From: Nanobdellota archaeon
GTDB taxonomy: Archaea; Nanobdellota; Nanobdellia; SCGC-AAA011-G17; GW2011-AR17
Direction: 5' to 3'
DNA: 57,385 nt
NCBI GenBank assembly: GCA_013329215.1
Contig: DUKS01000012.1
Location: 1 to 57,385 of the forward strand
Position numbers and translations under genes: made by a program. Below, in pieces: positions 42,761 through 49,413 of this stretch; within the stretch, counting starts at the first letter, position 1; each line of letters opens with the position of its first letter. The notes beneath the pieces are model-generated. The model did no database searches. It worked only from the letters and a program-made list of their open reading frames with translations, and was not told where the DNA came from.

Positions 42761-44081
42761 CCTGTTTATGGCATTTGCAGCCTCTGATTATATTGCATGC
42801 GCACTGCCTTTCGGCAGGCAGGTAAGACACTTTTTCTGTAAGCTGTTTTTTTGAGAAATACAGCATCTGCCTCCCGGAACTTTCAAGCCCGGTTAAAGAA
42901 GCACCCAGCTCGGCCGCCATCATCGCGCCCGCAAACGCATTGCACATAACAATGTTCGATTCCTGCATTGTATTGCAGGCCTGCGGCTGCGTGCTTGCCT
43001 GTTCAACATTTCCTCTTCTGCATTCCAGGCAAATGTTGTGATTGTATATGTCAAGCCTTGCCGTAAAAGGGCCAACGCCGGCATCGATTAAAACAATGTT
43101 GTTTGCAACAGCATACCTGCTCAAAAGCTCCCTTGCGCCCCAATTGTCAACGCACGAGAGCACAGCAGAATATTTTTTGCCTGCAGTTTTTGCTTCATTC
43201 TCATCAAAAAACCTGCCGAACGCGCGCATATTCGCTCCAAGCAGGCTTTCGAGCCTTTGCTTAAGCACAGCAGCCTTATTCCTGCCTATTGCATCATAGT
43301 ACAGCACCTGCCTGTTTAGGTTTGTCGCATCAATATCATCGCCGTCATAAACATCAAAAGGAATCCTGAGGCAGGCAAGGTTCAAAGCAGCGTACGTGCC
43401 TATCCCGCCTGCGCCAACAACAAGCACCCGCCCGCTTTTCAGCCTGGGAAACGAAACAGCCTTTTCTGCCCTTACAGAATCCGCTATTGACATTTTTCTG
43501 AAAAACCTGCCTTTCGCAAAAAGATTATAGTTTAAAACTCCGGAAACAGCCTCATCCCCTTCAAGCCCAAGAAGCGCTTTTCTTATTTCGTCCAGTGCAA
43601 TTGCAGCGATTAAGCCTGACGAAAACGAGCCCTGCTCTTTTCCATTATACCTGCGCATGGCTGCTGTTTCCAGGCAAGCATGGCCTTTTTCCCCACTGTA
43701 GCCTGCATATATTGATGCGGAAATATCATCGCTCGAAGCGCTTACAAAAAGCCTTGCCTTCCCTGCATATTCACATGCAGCTTGTTTTGAGGCTTCATTG
43801 TTTGTGAAATCAGCAACAACATCAGCAGGCCCTATGCTTCCGGCGTTTGCGGCAGTATTCAGGCGTATTTCCGGGTTTATTTCACTAATGAGTCTTTCAA
43901 GCGGTTTTTTAAACAAGTGCCGCTGCCTATGATTTTGCTGCACCAGTGTTATGTTTCCTATCCCCAGGCCAGCCATGTACAGCAATGCGTAATCACTTAC
44001 CATTGAATCCCCCACCAGCACAACACGGCTGTTTCTAAGTATAGCCTGGTCAAAAACAGATGACTGCCTTGTATAGTCCAT
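42738..44081 (-). CDS. E1-like (ThiF/MoeB/UBA superfamily) enzyme with tandem domains: degenerate N-terminal and intact C-terminal adenylation domain
   Basis: C-terminal half: RVLVVGAGGIGTYAALNLA, DGDDIDATNLNRQ, SCVDNWGAR, CLEC ... CACNIIRGCKC. N-terminal half: same fold pattern but GDSMVS replaces GxGxxG, and LVQQNHRQRHLF replaces DxDxxxxSNLxRQ. Confidence 0.8.
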   Translation of the reverse strand: MDYTRQSSVFDQAILRNSRVVLVGDSMVSDYALLYMAGLGIGNITLVQQNHRQRHLFKKPLERLISEINPEIRLNTAANAGSIGPADVVADFTNNEASKQAACEYAGKARLFVSASSDDISASIYAGYSGEKGHACLETAAMRRYNGKEQGSFSSGLIAAIALDEIRKALLGLEGDEAVSGVLNYNLFAKGRFFRKMSIADSVRAEKAVSFPRLKSGRVLVVGAGGIGTYAALNLACLRIPFDVYDGDDIDATNLNRQVLYYDAIGRNKAAVLKQRLESLLGANMRAFGRFFDENEAKTAGKKYSAVLSCVDNWGARELLSRYAVANNIVLIDAGVGPFTARLDIYNHNICLECRRGNVEQASTQPQACNTMQESNIVMCNAFAGAMMAAELGASLTGLESSGRQMLYFSKKQLTEKVSYLPAERQCACNIIRGCKCHKQGGAIERL

Positions 44082-44082
44082 A

Positions 44083-45081
44083 TTAGTTCACATTTGTAAC
44101 CCTGCTAATGCCCGGGGCTCCTGTTATTCTCTGTCTCTCAAACCGGCTGTCTGTGAGGAAAGCATACGGCTTTGCATTGCTCCTGTATTCCTCTGTGAGC
44201 ACAGCCCTTGCCTTTTCCATCAATGCCTCAAGCTGCAGCTTCGGATTGTCAGGATGCAGCCTTTTTATTGAGCCATAATCATACCTGCCTGTGCATATGC
44301 ACTGCAATGGCTTTCCGGCAGCAGGAAGCGAAGGGTGGCTGTAAGGGTTAAGCACATAGAGCTTGCCAAAGTCAACCGAATCCGCGTTCATGAATACAGG
44401 GGCGCCCACTTCTGCCTCTCCAAAGCTGTAGTAAGCGCCGTTCTTTCTCTCATAAAGGATGTAAGGCTGTATTTTTGTGAAAACATAGAAGCGACTGTCC
44501 ATTATCCTAAAGCCCACCTGCTTTTCATTGTCATAAAAAATCCCTTCTGCAATGCTGTCCAAAGCCATACGCAGGGGGCTGCCTGCCGCGCGTTTCCTTA
44601 TTTTTTTCTTATAATCCGCTTCAATATCACTTACTGCTGCTATGTGCGACAAGCCAAGATTAAAATTTCTTCCTCTAACAAAAATATCCCCCCGGCTGGA
44701 TTCAAAAAGCGGATACACCATAGAATTAAGAAAAAGCAGTTCCTTCTTTGGCAGGACATGCTCTGCTATCGCACCGCCGCCCACAGCGCCCGAAAGCTGC
44801 GTGATAACAAGCAGCGCAGGCTGCAAATGCGGGCTTTGTGTTCCGGATTCTGCCTTTGTCCTTATTGCGGAAAGCAGGCCCGAATGCATCCCTGATTTTG
44901 CCAGATAATCCTGCTCAAGCATCGGGATTGTTGTTTTTTGCACAAGCCCGATTCTGCATCCGAAAAAGTCCATATACGCGCCCCCATAGCCATTGCATGC
45001 CTGATAAACAGCAGGATAGACAATAACGCACGGGCCTTCTGAAAAATACCTGAAGAATGTGTCAGGAACAGGCATGCCCAT
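44083..45081 (-). CDS. Hypothetical protein; the C-terminal ~140 aa is a candidate E2 (UBC-like) domain
   Basis: YVLNPYSHPSLPAAGKPLQCICTGRY resembles the E2 HPN-loop-Cys signature. It is preceded by beta-strand-like segments (FYVFTKI, YILYERKNG, YYSFGEAEV) and followed by a helix. Inference only. Confidence 0.3.
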   Translation of the reverse strand: MGMPVPDTFFRYFSEGPCVIVYPAVYQACNGYGGAYMDFFGCRIGLVQKTTIPMLEQDYLAKSGMHSGLLSAIRTKAESGTQSPHLQPALLVITQLSGAVGGGAIAEHVLPKKELLFLNSMVYPLFESSRGDIFVRGRNFNLGLSHIAAVSDIEADYKKKIRKRAAGSPLRMALDSIAEGIFYDNEKQVGFRIMDSRFYVFTKIQPYILYERKNGAYYSFGEAEVGAPVFMNADSVDFGKLYVLNPYSHPSLPAAGKPLQCICTGRYDYGSIKRLHPDNPKLQLEALMEKARAVLTEEYRSNAKPYAFLTDSRFERQRITGAPGISRVTNVN

Positions 45082-46465
45082 CACCCGGATTAAGTGTTTT
45101 CATATTCTCTGCAAGCTGTTTTGATTTTCCAATGCACCTGCCCGCATACTCTCCTGTGCTGATTATGCCTAATGCCTCATTCACAGCATCCTTGTGTATT
45201 TGCTCCAACACCCCCGATTCCTCCAGCCTTGCAATGCATTCTTCAACCTTGTCCAGCCTTTTTTCATAGTCTGCTGCGTTCCCGTCAAACACACCGGACA
45301 ATGCGGCAAACATGTCCACTACAGCCTTGTCAGCATCCATATGATTTCTGTGGCCATGCCTGTAAAAGTCAACTGAACCGAGGAAAAGCTGCACATACAA
45401 AAGGTGCAGTTCCCTTGCGCCATTAAAGTATTCATTGTTTGACTTGTAAGGTGCCTGGGAAACAATTGCTTCCTGCTTTTCCCCCGGATTTAATATGCCT
45501 TCAAGCCGTTTTTTGGCAGGTAGCCTGCTGCAGGCAGGAATATGCCTTGCTGTTTCTTCCTGCGAAATGGATTCAACAGACTTTATGCGCGACGCAAAGC
45601 GCAATGCAGATTCCCGGTCTCCAAGATTAATCCTGAAAATGCCATGGCTGCTTTTGAGCTCAACGCTGTTATCCCTTGCTATTGCTTCAAATGCAGGCCT
45701 CTCCCTCTCCGCCATTGCAAGCGGCTGCGCAAACTGCAGCTTTCTTTTGAATAGCTCTGTGTCTTTCAGCCTGGCGGCATGCTCTCTTTGATTGTCAAGC
45801 GAGAAAGAATATTTTTCCCCAATCTCCGCAAGATGCTCCTGCGGCAGGCAAACATTCGGCATTGAGCAGGCTGCCAGCCCAAGCCCGGCTTTTGTGTGCT
45901 TCAATTCCCCGCCCTTAATGCTGAACAGCTCTGCAAGATATTTGCCATTGCCTTTCGTATAAGCCCCTGCATTTATCACTATGCTTAAGAACGAAGAAGG
46001 CAGAACCTCTTCAACTGATTTTATGCAGTATTCGGTTCCCGCCTCAAGCATTATGCGCCTGCCCTGCATTGTCTGCGCATTAAACAGGTCCAGGCACGGG
46101 CCGCCTGCATTAAAATCCCAGCGCCCGGCCTTTTCATTATGCTTTTTCATTGCAGCAAGCTTTGACTTTATATGTTCGTGGTCTGTATGCGAATGAAAAA
46201 GCCCGTGCACGCCGTGGCTGTGCCACATGCCAACAAGGTGTGCGCCTGCCTTGTATAGGTCCATGCACGGGAACTCTGATGCAGAAGCCCTTGATATTGA
46301 GCCGTACTGCTCGGGAAAAAAGAAGCCCGTAATCCTGCCGCTGCCTTTTTCTGAATAGAGATACCCCATGCATTCTATATCTTTTCCAGCAAAGCCTGAG
46401 ATTTCCCTTGCATAAAGGCACATTTCGGCGAATACAGCCGCTTCCAGATTCACGTATTCTTTCAT
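45062..46465 (-). CDS. JAB/MPN (JAMM) metalloprotease with a ~370-aa C-terminal extension of unknown function
   Basis: Upstream Glu in KDIECMGYLY and a complete HSH-x7-S-x2-D (WHSHGVHGLFHSHTD, nt 46181-46222). ATG 46465 forms an ATGA overlap with the upstream stop. Confidence 0.8.
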   Translation of the reverse strand: MKEYVNLEAAVFAEMCLYAREISGFAGKDIECMGYLYSEKGSGRITGFFFPEQYGSISRASASEFPCMDLYKAGAHLVGMWHSHGVHGLFHSHTDHEHIKSKLAAMKKHNEKAGRWDFNAGGPCLDLFNAQTMQGRRIMLEAGTEYCIKSVEEVLPSSFLSIVINAGAYTKGNGKYLAELFSIKGGELKHTKAGLGLAACSMPNVCLPQEHLAEIGEKYSFSLDNQREHAARLKDTELFKRKLQFAQPLAMAERERPAFEAIARDNSVELKSSHGIFRINLGDRESALRFASRIKSVESISQEETARHIPACSRLPAKKRLEGILNPGEKQEAIVSQAPYKSNNEYFNGARELHLLYVQLFLGSVDFYRHGHRNHMDADKAVVDMFAALSGVFDGNAADYEKRLDKVEECIARLEESGVLEQIHKDAVNEALGIISTGEYAGRCIGKSKQLAENMKTLNPGDGHACS

Positions 46466-46887
46466 CTGCACCCTACATCATCGTAGCGCTTTACAGCCAT
46501 GTCAAGGCAGTCATAAGCTATGCCGTCAGCTGTATGCCGCTGGTCAATATAGCCCGCAACCCTGTCATCAAGGCGTATGATTTCTGTTTCAGCGCCTATG
46601 CGCTTTTTTTTGGTGTTGTCTGCATTATACACGCGCACTTCGCAAAATGTGTTTGCGCCGTTGTGCGCTGCAAGGTATTCTTTTATTTCAGGAGCGGCCC
46701 CTTCCTGGCTGTTGCCTGCAATTTCTTCAATGACTTCCCTGAACGTGGCTTTTCTCAGCCTGTCATCAAGCTCTGCATAAACAGCCCTTGACTCGTAATC
46801 AGCTTTTTCAGCTGCGTCTTTCGCGCCCGCCGCCTTTTGCCTGTTCACTTCTGTGTTCACTATGCCCACAAGTTTGTTCTCACCCAT
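46462..46887 (-). CDS. Hypothetical protein, first gene of the E1/JAB operon
   Basis: 141 aa from ATG 46887, with AGGAG 9 nt upstream; alternatives are ATG 46896 and TTG 46917. No recognised motif. C-terminus is ..KRYDDVGCR. Confidence 0.45.
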   Translation of the reverse strand: MGENKLVGIVNTEVNRQKAAGAKDAAEKADYESRAVYAELDDRLRKATFREVIEEIAGNSQEGAAPEIKEYLAAHNGANTFCEVRVYNADNTKKKRIGAETEIIRLDDRVAGYIDQRHTADGIAYDCLDMAVKRYDDVGCR

Positions 46888-46931
46888 CTTTTTCATCTCC
46901 TGAGCCGAAGCCCGCAATTACCCTGTATTCG

Positions 46932-46941
46932 TTTTTAATAA
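46932..46941 (-). promoter_or_regulatory. TATA-like box of the E1/JAB operon
   Basis: Minus-sense CCTTATTAAAAAC, ~40-50 nt upstream of the candidate start codons. Confidence 0.4.
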
Positions 46942-46963
46942 GGATTGCCGAAAAAAAACATCA

Positions 46964-47043
46964 GGATTTTCAGCAGAATGGAAAAATCCCGCAGAACTTC
47001 CGTAAAAACAACGGGAATTTCCTGCCTTTGCATTGGAAATTCC
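46964..47043. promoter_or_regulatory. Two related inverted repeats upstream of the E1/JAB operon
   Basis: GGAATTTCC-N12-GGAAATTCC (47014-47043, perfect 9-bp arms) and GGATTTT-N12-AAAATCC (46964-46989). Confidence 0.5.
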
Positions 47044-47081
47044 GGTTATGGCGAAAAGCGCCTCTGAGAATAAAGATTTGC

Positions 47082-47726
47082 TTACCTATAGCATTTTTTC
47101 AAGTTTTTTTTTAATTTCCTGAAGTCTTTTTCAACTGTCTTTTCCGCCTTTTTCACGTCCTTCTCAACATCTTCAACTTCCTCAAGCTCATGCAAGTGGT
47201 GCTTGCCTGTGGGCTTTTCATAGAACGGAATTGCCTTGACTAGCCTTGGCGCCCTTGCAACCGGCCTCATAATCCTTAAAACGCGCTCTGTCCTGCTTAT
47301 CTTGCCTGCGGCTTCCGCCTCTTTTATCAGCTTCTCGCTTTCGCCAAACAGCTTTGCAAACTCTTCCCTACCCTGGACAATCGTGTGCAGTATTGACTGG
47401 CCTTCCTTGACCTCTGCAGAGAACCTTGCAAGGAAAACAACTTCCTCAACAAGCCTGAATACCAGGACGAACGGAAAAACAGCTATTATGTCAATCCAGC
47501 ATTCCTTAAAGAAGGTCTTGAAGTTTCTTATCCTGTTGTACTTGAACCCGAGGTCCACGATGAATAAAGAGATTATGGCATAATCCCCAATCTCAAGGTA
47601 AAGTGCATAATGCTCTGCAAACTCCTTGAAAAAGATGTTAATTATTATGATGCCTGCGAGCAGGATTAATGCATAAGGTATAGCCCTGTCCACGAAGGAT
47701 TCCACCTTGTGAAGCCATAGTTTCAT
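47082..47726 (-). CDS. Membrane protein resembling an isolated voltage-sensor (S1-S4-like) domain, with no pore domain
   Basis: Three TM helices including the S3-like WIDIIAVFPFVLVF. An Arg-every-third segment RVLRIMRPVARAPRLVK appears after a ~45-aa insert. Charged C-terminal tail. Confidence 0.35.
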   Translation of the reverse strand: MKLWLHKVESFVDRAIPYALILLAGIIIINIFFKEFAEHYALYLEIGDYAIISLFIVDLGFKYNRIRNFKTFFKECWIDIIAVFPFVLVFRLVEEVVFLARFSAEVKEGQSILHTIVQGREEFAKLFGESEKLIKEAEAAGKISRTERVLRIMRPVARAPRLVKAIPFYEKPTGKHHLHELEEVEDVEKDVKKAEKTVEKDFRKLKKNLKKCYR

Positions 47727-47999
47727 GTTATTCTGAAAGGTAATAAATGCTTATTAAGGTATCGCTGACGTAGAAAAGGCGGCCCGTAAAAATGTCCACA
47801 TTTCTGGACAAGGTTTTTTATAGAACCTGTGCAAACAGCCCTTCTAATGCAAAAGAGGTATTTTCGCTCCGCTCAAGACCTTGCTTCGCCGCCGTTCGCA
47901 AGGTATTACATTGACACGCCTATCTGGCGGGACTTCTATGAGAATAGAACAGACAGGTTCAGGCCGCTGGGAGAATGAGCGTTCCAGTTATCCTTAGTA

Positions 48000-48578
48000 T
48001 TACGACAGCTTCAGCGTCCTCTGCTCTGTGAAAATGACATTCTTGTTTTTTAAGAAAGCAACAATCCTTGCCTCGCTTTCTGCAGGCACCAAAATGGAGC
48101 CCCTTCCCGCAACTTTCCCTTTTATTTCCGCAAGCAGGCCCTCGCCTTTTTTTCTCCCGTATAATGCGTATGAAAACATCACTTTCTCAGAAGCGGTCTT
48201 ACCTGCAAGCAAATAGGTTATAAGAAAGTAAGGCGCAACGCCGAGAAGCTCTTTTATTGATTTATTATGCCTTACGCTGAATCCCTCGTGAAGCACTGAA
48301 AGAAGCACTGGCTGAAACAGCTCCTCTGCAAACATCGGCTCTGTATGAAGGCTGATGCCTAACGAATCTGCCGCCTTTTTTGCCGTGTATAAAATGTTTT
48401 CCGCAGCCCTGTAATTCTTTTCCCTGAAAAAGCCGATTACATCTATGTCATTAGGATGCTCCTTTCCTTTCACTGCAGAGCCGAATATGAAAATGTCAGC
48501 AAGCAGCTTTTCTTTTTTTAGCAAGCTCTGCAATTCGTTTAAAAGCTTCTTCCTCTGTTGGGATGTCAATTGCTCCAT
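48000..48578 (-). CDS. Minimal nucleotidyltransferase (MNT)-domain protein
   Basis: FIFGSAVKGKEHPNDIDVIGF (GS..D.D motif). Confidence 0.65.
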   Translation of the reverse strand: MEQLTSQQRKKLLNELQSLLKKEKLLADIFIFGSAVKGKEHPNDIDVIGFFREKNYRAAENILYTAKKAADSLGISLHTEPMFAEELFQPVLLSVLHEGFSVRHNKSIKELLGVAPYFLITYLLAGKTASEKVMFSYALYGRKKGEGLLAEIKGKVAGRGSILVPAESEARIVAFLKNKNVIFTEQRTLKLS

Positions 48579-48894
48579 TTTTAAAAGCCTCCGTTACCTT
48601 TTCCCTTACTATTTCAAGCTCTTCCCTTGAAAGCTCCCTTGTATAAGTTCTCCTGTAAGTGCTGAACAGCCTGTCTGTAATGTCGTAAAGCGCAGGAATA
48701 TGCGCCTTAAGCATTTCAAACCGCTCATTGTGATCATTTGGAGCATGCTTCAGCTTTTCCTGCAGCGCCAGGTCATCAACTGCAAAAAGCGCCTTGAAAT
48801 AGTTTGAGCCTGACTCTGCGCGCATCCCCATCTTTTCCGCCAATAATGCAATGAGGAAATAGTTCCTTGCCTTTTCTTTAAGCACTTCAGCCAT
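48496..48894 (-). CDS. Helical HEPN-like partner of the MNT protein
   Basis: All-helical 132 aa. Candidate R-x6-H (RFEMLKAH). 83-nt overlap with the MNT gene. Assignment is tentative. Confidence 0.4.
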   Translation of the reverse strand: MAEVLKEKARNYFLIALLAEKMGMRAESGSNYFKALFAVDDLALQEKLKHAPNDHNERFEMLKAHIPALYDITDRLFSTYRRTYTRELSREELEIVREKVTEAFKNGAIDIPTEEEAFKRIAELAKKRKAAC

Positions 48895-48895
48895 G

Positions 48896-49009
48896 TGTTA
48901 ATAGTTAACATATCTCCTATTTAAAGCTTTTCTTTGTTAATTGTTAGCAAAATGTTAATAGTTAACATATAAGGGCTTAAAATAGGCTTATTGTTAATTG
49001 TTAACAAAA
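48896..49009. repeat. Tandem 57-bp unit x2 carrying four TGTTAA-N3-TTAACA palindromes and two oppositely oriented TATA-like boxes
   Basis: TGTTAATAGTTAACATAT at 48896-48913 and 48953-48970 (identical). TTGTTAATTGTTA(G/A)CAAAA at 48934-48952 and 48991-49009. The 20-nt spacers are inverted relative to each other (CCTATTTAAAGC vs GCTTAAAATAGG). Confidence 0.85.
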
Positions 49010-49058
49010 CAGGAAAATGAGATAAGCAGATACTGCAAACTAACAGCCAAAAATAAAT

Positions 49059-49330
49059 TGCGGCGGAAGCCCGGAATTGTCTCATACTTTAACAATGGTT
49101 AATCCCTCGCTTTCCTCGGCCCTGCTAACCCGCAAGCGTTATCACAGTTGGTTAAGGCTGCTCCATTCCTGGCCTGACCTGATTCCCGAAAGCAACGACC
49201 CTGCAGGACAAGGTGTCAACGTACGGCAAGGGACCAAGGCCAAAGCATGACCCGCTCCCAGGCGATAGCCCCTTCATAGGTTCGTTTAAGGTGATAGGGT
49301 AGAACCAACACCCCGGCATATCCACCGCAT
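49059..49330 (-). ncRNA. ffs: Signal recognition particle RNA (archaeal 7S-type), ends approximate
   Basis: Minus-sense CAGGTCAGGCCAGGAATGGAGCAGCC (nt 49156-49181) matches the universal helix-8 motif with a GGAA tetraloop. The 5' GCGGTGGA pairs with the 3' TTCCGCCGC. TATA box lies ~25 nt upstream. Confidence 0.8.
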
Positions 49331-49345
49331 TCTAGAACGTGATTG

Positions 49346-49359
49346 GAGGGTTTATATAG
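49346..49359 (-). promoter_or_regulatory. BRE/TATA of the SRP RNA gene (14 nt identical to the dph5 promoter)
   Basis: Minus-sense CTATATAAACCCTC. An identical 14-mer lies at 55317-55330. Confidence 0.55.
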
Positions 49360-49379
49360 GTTATGGTGCGGGAAGGAAT

Positions 49380-49413
49380 AAAGCCCCTAAGGGCAAACCC
49401 CTTAGAAACCCCT
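49380..49413. repeat. 34-nt hairpin repeat, copy A
   Basis: AAAGCCCCTAAGGGCAAACCCCTTAGAAACCCCT, 33/34 identical to 55387-55420. Internal stem CTAAGGG(G/C)/CCCCTTAG. Overlaps the last 4 codons of the 49402-50211 gene. Confidence 0.9.

Noticed and set aside
46462-46917. Use of the TTG at 46917 as the start of the first operon gene (151 aa)
   Set aside because: The TATA-like box at 46932-46941 would place the transcription start at or downstream of this codon. ATG 46887, with AGGAG 9 nt upstream, is a better fit; ATG 46896 remains possible.
49013-49058. Tiny ATG-AGA-TAA ORF and A-rich tract downstream of the plus-facing TATA-like box
   Set aside because: Two codons only. It is more plausibly untranslated sequence between the operator array and the SRP RNA 3' end.
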